Assembly: GCA_964234715.1 (NCBI GenBank)
Contig: OZ174279.1
DNA: 64,000 nt
Reading direction: 5' to 3' (one strand)
Source: Podarcis melisellensis
Taxonomy: Eukaryota
A program made the position numbers and the translations under genes. Positions 1 to 10,947 of the stretch are shown piece after piece (the stretch's first letter is position 1; every line of letters starts with the position of its first letter). Below the pieces are notes generated by a model, which had not been told where the DNA came from, did not search any database, and worked only from the letters and a program-made list of their open reading frames with translations.

Positions 1-104
1 GGTCTCTGGTAGTCGAACGAACTTTCGTTCTCCCAATTGCCTTCATACCATCCTGCAGCATCCCAGCTCTGAGAGCGGCCAATGTGTTTGCTTGGAATTG
101 GCAT
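1..104 (-). CDS. CTBP2: RIBEYE (CTBP2 ribbon-synapse isoform), N-terminus of the A-domain; exon continues beyond the left edge of the window
   Basis: The reverse complement of 104->1 reads MPIPSKHIGRSQSWDAAGWYEGNWENESSFDYQR(P). This matches the recalled mammalian RIBEYE start MPVPSRHINIGRSQSWDAAGWYEGPWEN. An in-frame TAA lies 24 nt upstream of the ATG. The segment sits downstream of the CtBP2 MALVDK exon, as expected. Confidence 0.95.
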   Translation of the reverse strand, partial: MPIPSKHIGRSQSWDAAGWYEGNWENESSFDYQR

Positions 105-800
105 TGGTGCACAGCAATGTTCAGCTTAAATAATGGCAAGCAAGCTCTCTTGTTGAAGCTTCAGTTACACGCATAAAAAAAGCAAAAACAAACAAACAAA
201 ATGCACTGTATTTGAATCCTTCTGCAGCTTCAAGAAACAGCCCAACAGGTGGTTTACGATTTCAAAGTGTTGCCTGAATTATTAATTCTTCGAAACATAA
301 GTAGACAAAACACAGAAAGACCCAACAGTAACCCAGCCTGGCTCCAAAAACTGCAGAATGGAAAGGTCTTTCCTGTACAATTCAGAAACAGAAAAGGGAT
401 GCTGCACTTAATCCAGATGGTTTATCCCTTCCTGCTTGGGATGGCTTGCTCACATGGACAACTAGTCAAACAGTGTGTGGGGATTAAGGGCTAAATAAAG
501 CCCCTAAAGCTTTTGTTCCATGTGACACCATTTGAGCCTGATGCAACCTACTGCACCGGCTGACCCAGACACCTCCGTATATATTCTTCCTCTGATCATA
601 GCTACTACATGCTATTCATATTTATTTGTTTTCTATGCATAATACAGGATTCCTTTAAGATTTTACCTTCCCTCTCCCATGGCAGGAAAATAACGGGGGT
701 GGGGAGAATGGCAAGGGAGCTTCAATGTCGATTCAATCTTAATCCATTCTGATGAAATGCTAATCCACTATACAGAGCTAAAGACAAATTAAATAGGAGC
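105..800 (-). promoter_or_regulatory. Putative RIBEYE 5' UTR and internal promoter with clustered K50-homeodomain (CRX/OTX2) sites
   Basis: TAATCC at 409-414, 740-745 and 761-766, and GGATTA at 481-486, immediately upstream of the RIBEYE ATG. The transcription start cannot be located from sequence alone. Confidence 0.6.
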
Positions 801-1251
801 AGGCATGTTGGCCCCAAACAAGGCTGAAGCAAGATATACAAATATATAAGATCATGAGTAGAAACAATCTAGGTATTGGGAAAACACGTGATGAACACTG
901 CACATTTTTTGAAAAATTACTGGGGGATCAGGGGAAGGGACAGGAAAGATGAGAGGCCAGTTTGAAATTAGCTCCACTAATTATTCTCCAAAACGATTCT
1001 TCATATTATTACCATAATTCTCAAATCCTTTCATCATCCCAGGAAAGAAAATTGCTAAGGTGTAATCTGGAATTTATAATTTTAAGACCTGAGAAGAGGT
1101 CACAGAAAAGGGAGGATGAAAGGCTCTCAAGTCTTAGTATTACAAAGCTGAAAGAAGAGAATGGACATTACATATTGTTCACCGGTACACTATTTAAACG
1201 CACACAACACACATACTTTATGCACAGCAGACACAATTATTATATTTTTAT

Positions 1252-1301
1252 CACTAAAAGGTGGAAGGAATAATGTGGACACTAAGAGGTGGAAGGAATA
1301 A
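1252..1301. repeat. Short tandem duplication (period 28 bp)
   Basis: cactaaaaggtggaaggaataa (1252-1273) and cactaagaggtggaaggaataa (1280-1301). Confidence 0.85.
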
Positions 1302-3042
1302 GACAGATGTACAGTATTTGGTCTTTGCAAACCTACTGAACATTTTTACACTTCGTTAATATTTAAGAAAATTACAACAAACGCTTTATAAACACCAAAA
1401 TAGTCAACAGAATGCAATTAGCCATGGCTATCTTGAATCCTGGTTGCTAGAACATTTTAAAAAAAGATTCACCAACACATTTGCTATGCTATGTTGTGTA
1501 CATTAAAACTACAGAACATACTGAATGATAATATTGTTTCCTTTCTCCATAAAAAGTACAGATATGCATGCAAGTGTTAGGCTGAGATCTTGAGGAAGAA
1601 AAAATAGCACAACAGTCACCTTCTTTTGGTGGTTGTTAGGTCATCTTGTGCATTTCTAGGGCTAATCCACAATAAAATGTTTGAAGCTCAAGCCGTCACA
1701 TGATGGCGTATTTTGCTATTATGATAGCTAAGTCACTAATGCAGTCTAATGCATCTATCATACAAATACCTCTGGGCTATATTTCTGACCCAAATACAGA
1801 CAGGATGTCATAGTAATCCCCCCACCCCCCTGCAGTAAATAGTACAAATCCTCTTCATCACACACTTAAGAATTTCACATACAAATGCAACACATTTAAA
1901 AACTGCCCTCTACTAGATTATTCTTGCATTAGTATTATTAGAATATTTATGACATGCAACTGCTTGAAAGTCAAATATATTGGAAGAGGTTTTCTTGCCT
2001 TAATAAGAATTAGAGAATACATGACAGGCAGCTGTCAGAAAGTCTAGTTCTTTGAATGAGGTTTATGAGTTTTAGCCTAGGCATGTGGGCACAGTAACTA
2101 GCCTGTCACCTATCTAGTCAGTGAAGGAAAATACCTAAGAAAATGAAACATTTTTTCAAGTCATTTTTAGAAGTAGTTTTCTGTTTTTACTTTTAATGGA
2201 ATGAAGACTGATTTCCTTAAATTTGTTTTACTTCTGTAGCATCCTTTGTCTTTCCCTATCAAACTCTGTTAATGCTACTAGATTTTGCGTCGTTAATGTT
2301 GATATGAGGTTGTTTTTTAATACCTTTTGAGTCTTTTGTAAGAGTAGCAGAATCAATGTTCTCCTGGCTAAAGCTGCAATCATAAATCTAGTTATTTGGG
2401 AGCAAGCCTCATTACATCCAACCCAATACTATTCAAAATACAAATTGTGCAACCTATATATTAATTAAGCAGTGTAGCTACCCAATAATAAATGTGTTCG
2501 GCCTCCAAAAAGGAGCATATAGTCTTCAACAGATTTCATGTCTCTCAGATATCCATGAAAAATTATTCTGAGCTATCTTTGAAAATCATTTTCTCCAGAA
2601 TCTAAAACGGTCTACCCAAAAATTACTAGATATTCAGTTAAAAACTCATTTGAGTGTTAAAAGAATTTGGAAACAATCCTGCAATAAAAGCCTGGATTTA
2701 TCTAACACACTACAGATCAGGCATGAGAAGTTTGGTTTATTAATAATTGTCAGAATATTGATCCTTGACCTGTCTGTATAAATCAGAATAATTTTTCATT
2801 ATATGCTTTTACTGAAAAGCTTAATAGCTTTAGTCTAAAGGCTTCTCTTGGGTAGTGCTACTCAGTTACTAGAATGACATTTGCACATGTTTGTGGTGAA
2901 ACAAACTGGGATGCCGTTTTTAAATTTTAAAAAACCAAAATAAATAAGTTTCCTATATAGCAATCGTAATCAGCCACTGAAGGCCAGCTGTGGGGGGGGG
3001 GGTTTAAGCATGGGGAAGAAGTGTTTCTTTAGGGGGGCAGCA

Positions 3043-3196
3043 TGATTAGAATCACAGAATTATAGTGCTGGAAGGAACCCCAAGGGTCATCTGTTCCAAC
3101 TCTCTGCAACGCAGGAATCTTTTTGCCCAACGTGGGACTCAAACCCACAATCCTGAGATTAGGAGTTTCATGTTCTAGTGGCTGAGCTATCCCAGG
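3043..3196 (-). mobile_element. tRNA(Lys)-derived SINE with CR1-like 3' tail (Squam2-like)
   Basis: Minus strand gggatagctcag...taatctcaggattgtgggtttgagtcccacgttgggc (tRNA-like A/B boxes), then a CR1-type tail gatgacccttggggttccttcca...attctgtgattcta. Confidence 0.8.
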
Positions 3197-4983
3197 GATT
3201 TTTAAAAGTATACAGTGCCAAAGGGTTACATTATTTATCTGTACAATGTTGTCGTATGTTCAAAGAACTGAAAAAGAAAATATGCCTAGAACAGAAAATT
3301 TAGGTTTCAATACGGTCTAATGAATAAAAGGTAGTTTTCTCCTTCATTCACACTGGGGGAGAAAACCTATAATACCTCTATTTGTCACCATATTGGGACC
3401 AAGATGGCATCAATTTCCTTCCAGTTTTATAGGTGGGCTCTTGCACACCACTGCAAAAAAAAAGATGTCCTCTCTTCCCTTGCTGCCAAAGTAAGATGAC
3501 CTCTGGCACTTCCATCCAGAAATCCGACACCGCAGCCTCTAAAAGCATTTATGAATTAGATTTCTTTCCCGCCCTTTCCCCCCAAACACAACTTAAAACA
3601 TTAAATTTAAAACACAATTTAAAAATTAGCAACTGTGAGGGTATGTGATGGCTTTTAAATGTATTTCACAGTTGCTCGTTTTAAGATTGCAAATGCTGGT
3701 ATATTTTAGCCATCAAATGTCTGGGTAAAGAGAAATGTTATTAACATATTCCTCCTGAAAGTCAGTATTGAGGGAGACAGACCACCCACTTTGCCAGGCA
3801 GGGCCTCCCACCAATGGAGAACTGTCACCAGGAAGGACCTGTCATGGGTCAACGACAACTGGGCAGCAGTCAGAGGCGGTGGAACTAACAGGACCATTAG
3901 CCCAGTTTTCCAAGAGTTTGTGCTGGTATGGGGAGCAACGCCAGCATGAGAGTTCTTCTTGGGAATCTTCTTGGGGGTACTGGAAAACATGCCCCCAGCT
4001 AACGAGAGCACATGCTTCTAAAAGAACAAGCCTTAAAGATAAATTAGTCCATATATGATTTTAAATCCAAAGGATCTTCCTCCTTTCACATTTTTTAAGT
4101 CTCCATTTAACGTCTGTCATAGAGCATGCCTCTGTGTATAGACAACAGTGGGTTTGTTTTTTGAAAAACCTGACAGCACAACTGTAAATATCCCTTTCCC
4201 TGTGACAAAATAACATTTGTTGTGCCTACCACAGTCCTGGTTTAACAGGTTTTGTCATTTTCCATGGCACTTTTAATCTTAGCCAAAACTTGTTTCCAAG
4301 AAGGATAACTAACACTGCTGTAATACACAGGTATACACAGCGGTTATGATTTTCGCACGCTGCTTTGGGTAGTGTCTGTAGTGGGTTACAAACACACACA
4401 AATTCCTGGAGAACTTTTGGAACAGTTATTAAACCTTAAAAAAAAAATGAATTCAAGAATGAGTGCTTATTCCACTCTTTTCTATATGTATTGTCCTAGA
4501 ACCTTAAAGGCAGCCAGGGGGAGGGTGATGCAAGTCCACAGCCATTTCAAGAACATTTTCTTATTTAACAAAACCAACTAAATTTCTTTTAACAGTGTGA
4601 ACTCCCTTATGTCTAAAGGGAAGCAAGATACTTCCTCTTGTACCAGGGCCACCTCCTCCCTTGTTATATCTGTATATTAGTGAACTACCGAAGGAAGATC
4701 AGGGGCACTGCTGTAGCAGGAAAGGTGCTTCTGCTCCACAAAGCTAGTCAAATGCACACAGCTTCAGAATACAAACTTTCTTTTTTGTTTAACGGAGCTA
4801 GAGGCTTCTAGTGATTGCAGAGATTTATTCTTGAATACAAAATGGCTTGGGAGCTACAGCATGACTACGAAGAAAACCCCAACTCTGCCCTGTGTTTCAC
4901 ATTTAATTAATTCTTAATCCTACCAGAGATAGCTGATTTCCACTTTGGGGGTTAGATACCCACAGAATTAGAGCATCTTGAAG

Positions 4984-5155
4984 AGGGGCTGTGGCTCAAT
5001 GGTACGAGTGCATGCAAAAGGATCCAACCTCAACCCACAGCTTCTCTAGACTGGGCTCGGAAAAGACTCCAGTCTGAAATCCTTAAGATCTGCTGCCAGT
5101 CAGCTTTGACAGCGCTGAAGTAGACTAACCAATGCCTGACTTGGCATAATACAGC
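4984..5155 (+). mobile_element. Degenerate tRNA-derived SINE
   Basis: Head ggggctgtggctcaatggta; body ctgaaatcc...ctgctgccagtcag. Related decayed copies lie near 38797-38930 (+) and 48670-48855 (-). Confidence 0.55.
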
Positions 5156-6809
5156 ATGTTAACAAGTACTCTGTCTAGAGAACATTGCAGCTTCCTATGT
5201 AGATATTTAAATGTTTCCCAGGATCTGTCTATACTTTTCAGCATGTAACATGAAAACCAAGTCTGTTTTTTTAAAAAACAAGACACAATAAACATTTTGG
5301 AATTGTGTGTTGAGAAAAACAAACGCAAGCAAAATTATGTTCTCTCTTTATTGCTGCCTTTGTTACAAAAGAGGTAAAGCTCGGCGAGTTGTCAGGGCTT
5401 CATTCACCTGTTTTACGCTTCACCAAATGCAATGTACAAGATGTTTATCTACACAGCTTGTGTCACGTCTATCTCATACTCTAAATTTCCTCATATAGAT
5501 TTCTCTGTACTCAAACTTTAGATGCTGTAAGAAAAGGGAGCAACAGGTGCACAGTTTGGAGAATTACATAGAAATGACTGCACATCTGCCTCCTTTGAAG
5601 CCTATGTAGCATCTCCTTTGCGGGTTAAGGGAATTTCACTTAAACCTGTGGGGAGCATTCATTCTAACTACATATATACTGCTACTAACTAGTCTGGCCA
5701 TCTGTAAGAGTGGGCTAAAATCCTGCCAGGCAAGGGTTGCTAACTTATCCACCCACCCACCCCCAAGCTGTTGGACAACAATTTCCATCATCATTGACAG
5801 TGATGATTAGGGTCGGTGGAAGTTGGAACCCATAAATGTCTGGTGGGCCAAAGGTTAGCCACTTACAAAGATTAATCTATCCTGGATTTTAAATGAATTC
5901 AATGAGGTATAAACACTACCAGTGCAAACTACCATTTATTTGCTAACAGGGATTGCAGGCAGACTGCTGCCTTCTACAGTTCTGCTTCCCAGCCAAGCCA
6001 GGCTCTTTTCTCTTCAGAAGCCAAGAGAGAGAGAACAAGGATTACAGGGGATCAGAGGACGGCTTGGAGTCTTGTGCTGTTGGTGCAGGCACAAACAGTT
6101 GAAGTGGCAGATGCCCCAAATCACCACCAGCACCAGAGTGCACAAGACAGGAAGTGAACTCTCCCCCCCCTTTCCCGTGATACAGTGCCGTTGACCATTA
6201 CACCTGTATGCATTGCTATTCTGGGCCATGTGTAAGAAGAAGTGGTCTAAAACTTCTGCTAAAAAGTTCTTACGGAGCACATGCAGTGTGCATGGTCTGT
6301 AGTTGTGTTAACATATGTAATTCATAGGACTGCCAGCATGCTGCAACATTTCGCATCCTGACATTTTGAACGCTACACTTCTCAAAACAGAGTGATTAAA
6401 ACTGGGCTAGGGAATAATAAAGATACAGAAGTAATACCAGCATGACTCAAAACCTGTACCTGCAGCTTAATACAAATTGTTATTCTTATCACTCCTGTAT
6501 GATGCTGACCAATTGGACTCATTCACAGCAATTTAGCATATCATCATAGTCTTTTCCTTCTATATACAAGTACTTCGGGGCAAACTCATTTAAATCTCTA
6601 ATGTTTGTTTCTGGAATTTTAAATGCCAGCCATTAAAGGAATCCACCTGATTTCCTATGTGTTTATCATTCTGTAGTCTCAATATAATTACTAATGGTAA
6701 GCTGATGCATGGCTATGCTATGATCCCCATCTTGAGAAATGTCCCAGCACTCTCCCATACATACCCTCACATCCAACTTATCACAAAGCAAGAACTAAGA
6801 ATAGGGTAT

Positions 6810-7086
6810 GGTAAAGGTAAAGGGACCCCTGACCATTAGGTCCAGTCATGGATGACTCTGGGGTTGCGGCGCTCATCTCACTTTATTGGCCGAGGGAGCC
6901 GGTGTACAGCTTCCAGGTCATGTGGCCAGCATGACTAAGCTGCTTCTGGCGAACCAGAGCAGCACACGGAAACGCCGTTTACCTTCCCACCAGAGCGGTA
7001 CCTATTTATCTACTTGCACTTTGAGGTGCTTTTGAACTGCTAGGTTGGCAGGAGCAGGGACCAAGCAACAGGATCTCACCCAGTTG
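6810..7086 (-). mobile_element. Sauria SINE (Squam1/POM-type), 5'-truncated
   Basis: ggtaaaggtaaagggacccctgaccattaggtccagtc... is the (ACCTTT)n tail read on the minus strand. Highly similar to the copy at 20091-20446 but lacks the tRNA head. Confidence 0.92.
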
Positions 7087-9641
7087 TAATGGTCACTAAA
7101 CAGCAATGACAAACTTATGTTTGCCCAGATATTCTTGTCTTACTTTTTTTAAGCATTAATGCATTGAACCTGAACCCTTGGATGTTCTCAATTTCTGTGT
7201 GTAACAGGCTAATCTTTTTGGGCTAATTCTTATAGCAATGAAAGCAATAACCTTTAGCAAATGGTCATTCCCCCCCCCCCCACCGAATAAGATGTGATAA
7301 GCATATACATAAAAAATGGTACATTTTATGCTGCACTGCATATTACCTTTGGACTAACAAGTATTTCTTTTAATCCATTCTACTGATTATAACAACCTCA
7401 AATAAGATTTAAAGCAGGGAAAAGTCTCATCAGCCACCATTATTCCTTATAATGGTTTAAGATATCTAAGTATATTGCACCAGGTAAAAAGCCGGATCTT
7501 TTCAACATTATACAATAATCATTATCCACAATCAACCAAAACAGTCACAGAAAAATTTGAAATGAATTGAAAACCCATGATCCTTATCCATGAAAAATTA
7601 TTTTTCAGTATTATTTTTAAAGTACTTCTTAATTGCATTTAGTCATAATCTGTTTTTCCCATGTTTTAATAGCAGTTGCAAAAGCATGTTGTGCGGTGTG
7701 TGACAGCAGCAAATCCCTTCAGTGTAATTAAAATTGCAAACGTACTTGGCAAACGACAAATGGATTTCTGGGTTTATGTAAACTGCACCTTTACAGATTA
7801 GAGAGAGAGAAATATTGGCCAGAAAAAAACAGATGGAAAAGGAAGACTTGTAAAACCCATTGTTCAGAGGAAAATAATCTAAACTTCAATTGTATCTAAT
7901 GCTTTGTGGGTTGGTTTGTCCTCTGATCCTCCTAAGTTTCTTGTACACTTAGCAACCACATCTGATAGCAAACATCAAACTGGAAGGGTGGCTTTTGAAA
8001 AATCTAAAGCCGCCTGATAGAACCCTTTTAAGTCAGGTTCAAAGTCTGCTTTAGAGATGAGATAGAGTACTACACCTGCGTGTTTATGGCATTCTGATGG
8101 GTAGGAGCACAGCCCTCTCCCTTCTGCAATACAATTCTGGCAGTTGTCAGCATTTTTTTCAGGATTACAAAGGAAGCATACTTTTGCTCTGCTCTGGAGA
8201 AGATAAACCCAATTTTGATTGGGTTAATTAAGCTGACAGGTGGAATGGCTTTAACATTTTTCTGTTATTACATGATGAAACGAAGACACCCCCCGCCTTT
8301 TTTTTTTTTTGCTGCCACAACTATGAGCTCTCCGCTTTGAGTTTAAAATTCACTTCTGTATGCTAGAGAACATGGCTTTCCAAGAGATATCAGTATCAAT
8401 AATGTGTTTCACAGGAGGCTTGTATGTGGACAACGGTCACTAGCATCAGCCTACTCTCGACTAATGGCTAAATAATTCAAGGCAAACTTAGAAGTAATGG
8501 GTGAAGGTGTGTGAGTGTGGAGTGGAATAAGAGCACAAAACATTAAACAAAAACAACTGTTGTGGCAAAAAAAAAGGCTGAAGAATCATATGGTACCTTA
8601 AATGCTAGCAAATACCTCACATCTCAGGGTCAGGCCTACCACTGACAGTGTGAGAAGTCAAATGCTGGGCAGTGCAAAACAGCCTACCCTGCACCACCTA
8701 AGCTCACCTGTTGCCTTCAGGTATGTCAGAGGATGCTTTCACAATGCCACTGTTGAAGTAAAATTCAACTGCTTGTCTGTTCAACTTTTTATTGTGGAAG
8801 GTCATCTTGTCTTTTGCCTCGGACAGCAAAATATCTTGAATGGCTCCAGTGTTTTTCTTTTTTAAAAAAAGAACTTAGCTTTCTTTATCTGTCCAATAAA
8901 ACAGACTGTTGCCTACAAAAGCTTGTCCCACAGCACTCTTTGTAAATTATAATTATATTTTCATATTTCTAAGAGAACAAGGTTTTATTTTTTAAAAATA
9001 AAACTTCTGCCTCAGTCTCTAAATGTTCAAATTTTACAATCCATGCCTAGGTTCATTTTCTCTAGAATTCCTTATGGCTGAGGCAGTCTTTCTACATAGA
9101 CTGCACCCTTAGATGTAGGTAATCACTTAGAAGACATGATTTAAGCTCTGGCTCATTGAATGTCCCTCTGTTCTTTTTCTCCCCCTGCCCACTGCCTGTA
9201 AAACATTTATAAGATGACCAGCAACTCTCATCATGCAGACGTATCAGTGAACCCATTAGAAAGTCTGACACTGTCGATCCTGGCACTACTTTTATTTGCC
9301 TCATAAGTAAATAAGAGATACACTGTCTAGACCAGCAGCAGAGATAGATTAACTACTAACAGTGTTTTGTTTCACACCAAACAATTATCCTGCACAAACC
9401 CATTAAGACAACGAAGAACGGAACAGGAGCAGTGCTTTGTGGACTGCAGTTGTCCAACCGCAATGAAACAAATCCCCAAAATCTAAGCTGTAACAGATCC
9501 CTACTTCAAAAAACATCTAGACATACACTTTGGGGGACAGGACCTGAAGGAGCATTAAATTTATCTATATTTATATAATTCCTTTCAGACTTTTTTCCCT
9601 GACTTATTTTGCCAACAACAATACATCACTAAAAGCCTGTC

Positions 9642-9837
9642 TAGTTGCAATCACTTTTGGCTCCTGAATGCCGCAAACACGGAAGTGACTGTTCTGGTTT
9701 GCAAACTATTTTTGGAAGTCAAATGTCCAGTGGGTTTTCCGCGGCTTCTGATTGGCTGCAGGAGTTTCCTGCAGCCAATCAGAAGCTGTGCTTTGGACGT
9801 CCGGAATGGATTCCGTTCGACTTTCAAGGTAAGACTA
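9642..9837. mobile_element. Partial Tc1/mariner (Tigger/pogo-like) MITE with a perfect internal palindrome
   Basis: 20-bp arms gcttctgattggctgcagga (9744-9763) and tcctgcagccaatcagaagc (9767-9786). Terminal-like ...ttccgttcgactttcaaggtaagacta-ta. CpG-rich relative to its flanks. Confidence 0.7.
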
Positions 9838-10786
9838 TACATCTACAACCACCTCACGCGCTTTACTTGAGCTTTGGGGAAGAACCACATATTGCAGAGA
9901 AGTGCAGGACTGCCACTAAAAAGACAACACCATGGGAAGTAACCTCCCCACACGACACCACACACCTAAACATTGCCCAGGAATTCATTACAAAATGTGC
10001 ATTTTCTCATGTCCACTTCACATCACTGGCTGGTGCTGGCAAAGAAAGGGAAATGCTTTTCAGAACCATGGAGGCAAGCTGAAGTTGATATTATGGAATA
10101 ATAGAAGAAAACCTGATACGGAGATCTATTTTTGGCAGCAACAACATTTCTTTGCCTTCATAGAAGTTACTGCAACAAACGTTCAAGGCTAGCATTCCGC
10201 TGTTGCCGAGGTAGTTTTTATTATGTGTTTCCTAACTCTCTGCTTATTTTGTTTATTGTTAGGATTGATTTATTTTGTTGAGATTTGTATTTTTATCTCT
10301 AAACCGCCAAGTGTGATTTTGTCGTAAATGTTGAAATACTGTAAACAAATAAAATGTTGACTTCTCCCATTAGTGAAAAAAGCAGCCAAATGTAAACTGG
10401 AAGAATGGGAGAGGAAAGTAATACTGTAATGCAATTGGCTTTACATTTTACAAACCAAGTTATGTGGGTTTGGGATTTTCAAAGGATGTCTTAAATTTTT
10501 TCACATTAGGAGTAGATGTAGGATAATTCCAGCACCTGAACATTACCAAATAAAGGCAAGGTTTTGCATATTAACCGGCATGAAAAATATATATACATAT
10601 AATGTGAATTGTCTACAACTACAAGGTACAAATACATTGCCAGGCTGCAGCTCTCTGCTTTGTGCTGTATTTCTACGAGGGCATTAGCACTGAACTAGCT
10701 TTCCATAAAATGAAATGTGAGATTGGCAAGTTTCCTAAAAGTCTTAGGAACTGTTCAGTAGATGTATAGGTTACATCAAGGCTTAC

Positions 10787-10844
10787 CTTCACAAATTCTG
10801 TCCAATCGCTGCCGTTTGACTTTGTGTTTGTCCACAAGTGCCAT
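10787..10844 (-). CDS. CTBP2: C-terminal-binding protein 2, first coding segment (MALVDKHKVKRQRLDRICE-G, includes the KVKRQR nuclear localisation signal)
   Basis: 58 coding nt (19 codons + 1) identical to the recalled CtBP2 N-terminus, followed by the canonical phase-1 donor GAAG|gtaagc (+ strand gcttac at 10781-10786). Confidence 0.97.
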
Positions 10845-10947
10845 TGCGCTACTGTGTTTTACAACTTTTGGAATCAAAGGATAAAGCAATCCCCCAAGAA
10901 CTTATGGAAATTCACAGTAGTCCGAGTGCATAACGTCACTTTGAATC
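10845..10947 (-). other. CTBP2: 5' UTR portion of the CTBP2 start-codon exon (whole exon 10787-10947, 161 nt)
   Basis: Minus-strand acceptor ctctcttcttgttgcag|GATTC with a polypyrimidine tract, 103 nt upstream of the ATG. Confidence 0.8.

Noticed and set aside
3125-3196. tRNA-Lys-like sequence
   Set aside because: Degenerate stems and fused to a CR1-like tail, so it is a SINE head and not a functional tRNA.
9645-10082. 145-aa ORF and CCAAT/ETS cluster as a bona fide gene promoter
   Set aside because: Lies in a mariner-type MITE; kept only as a speculative exaptation finding.
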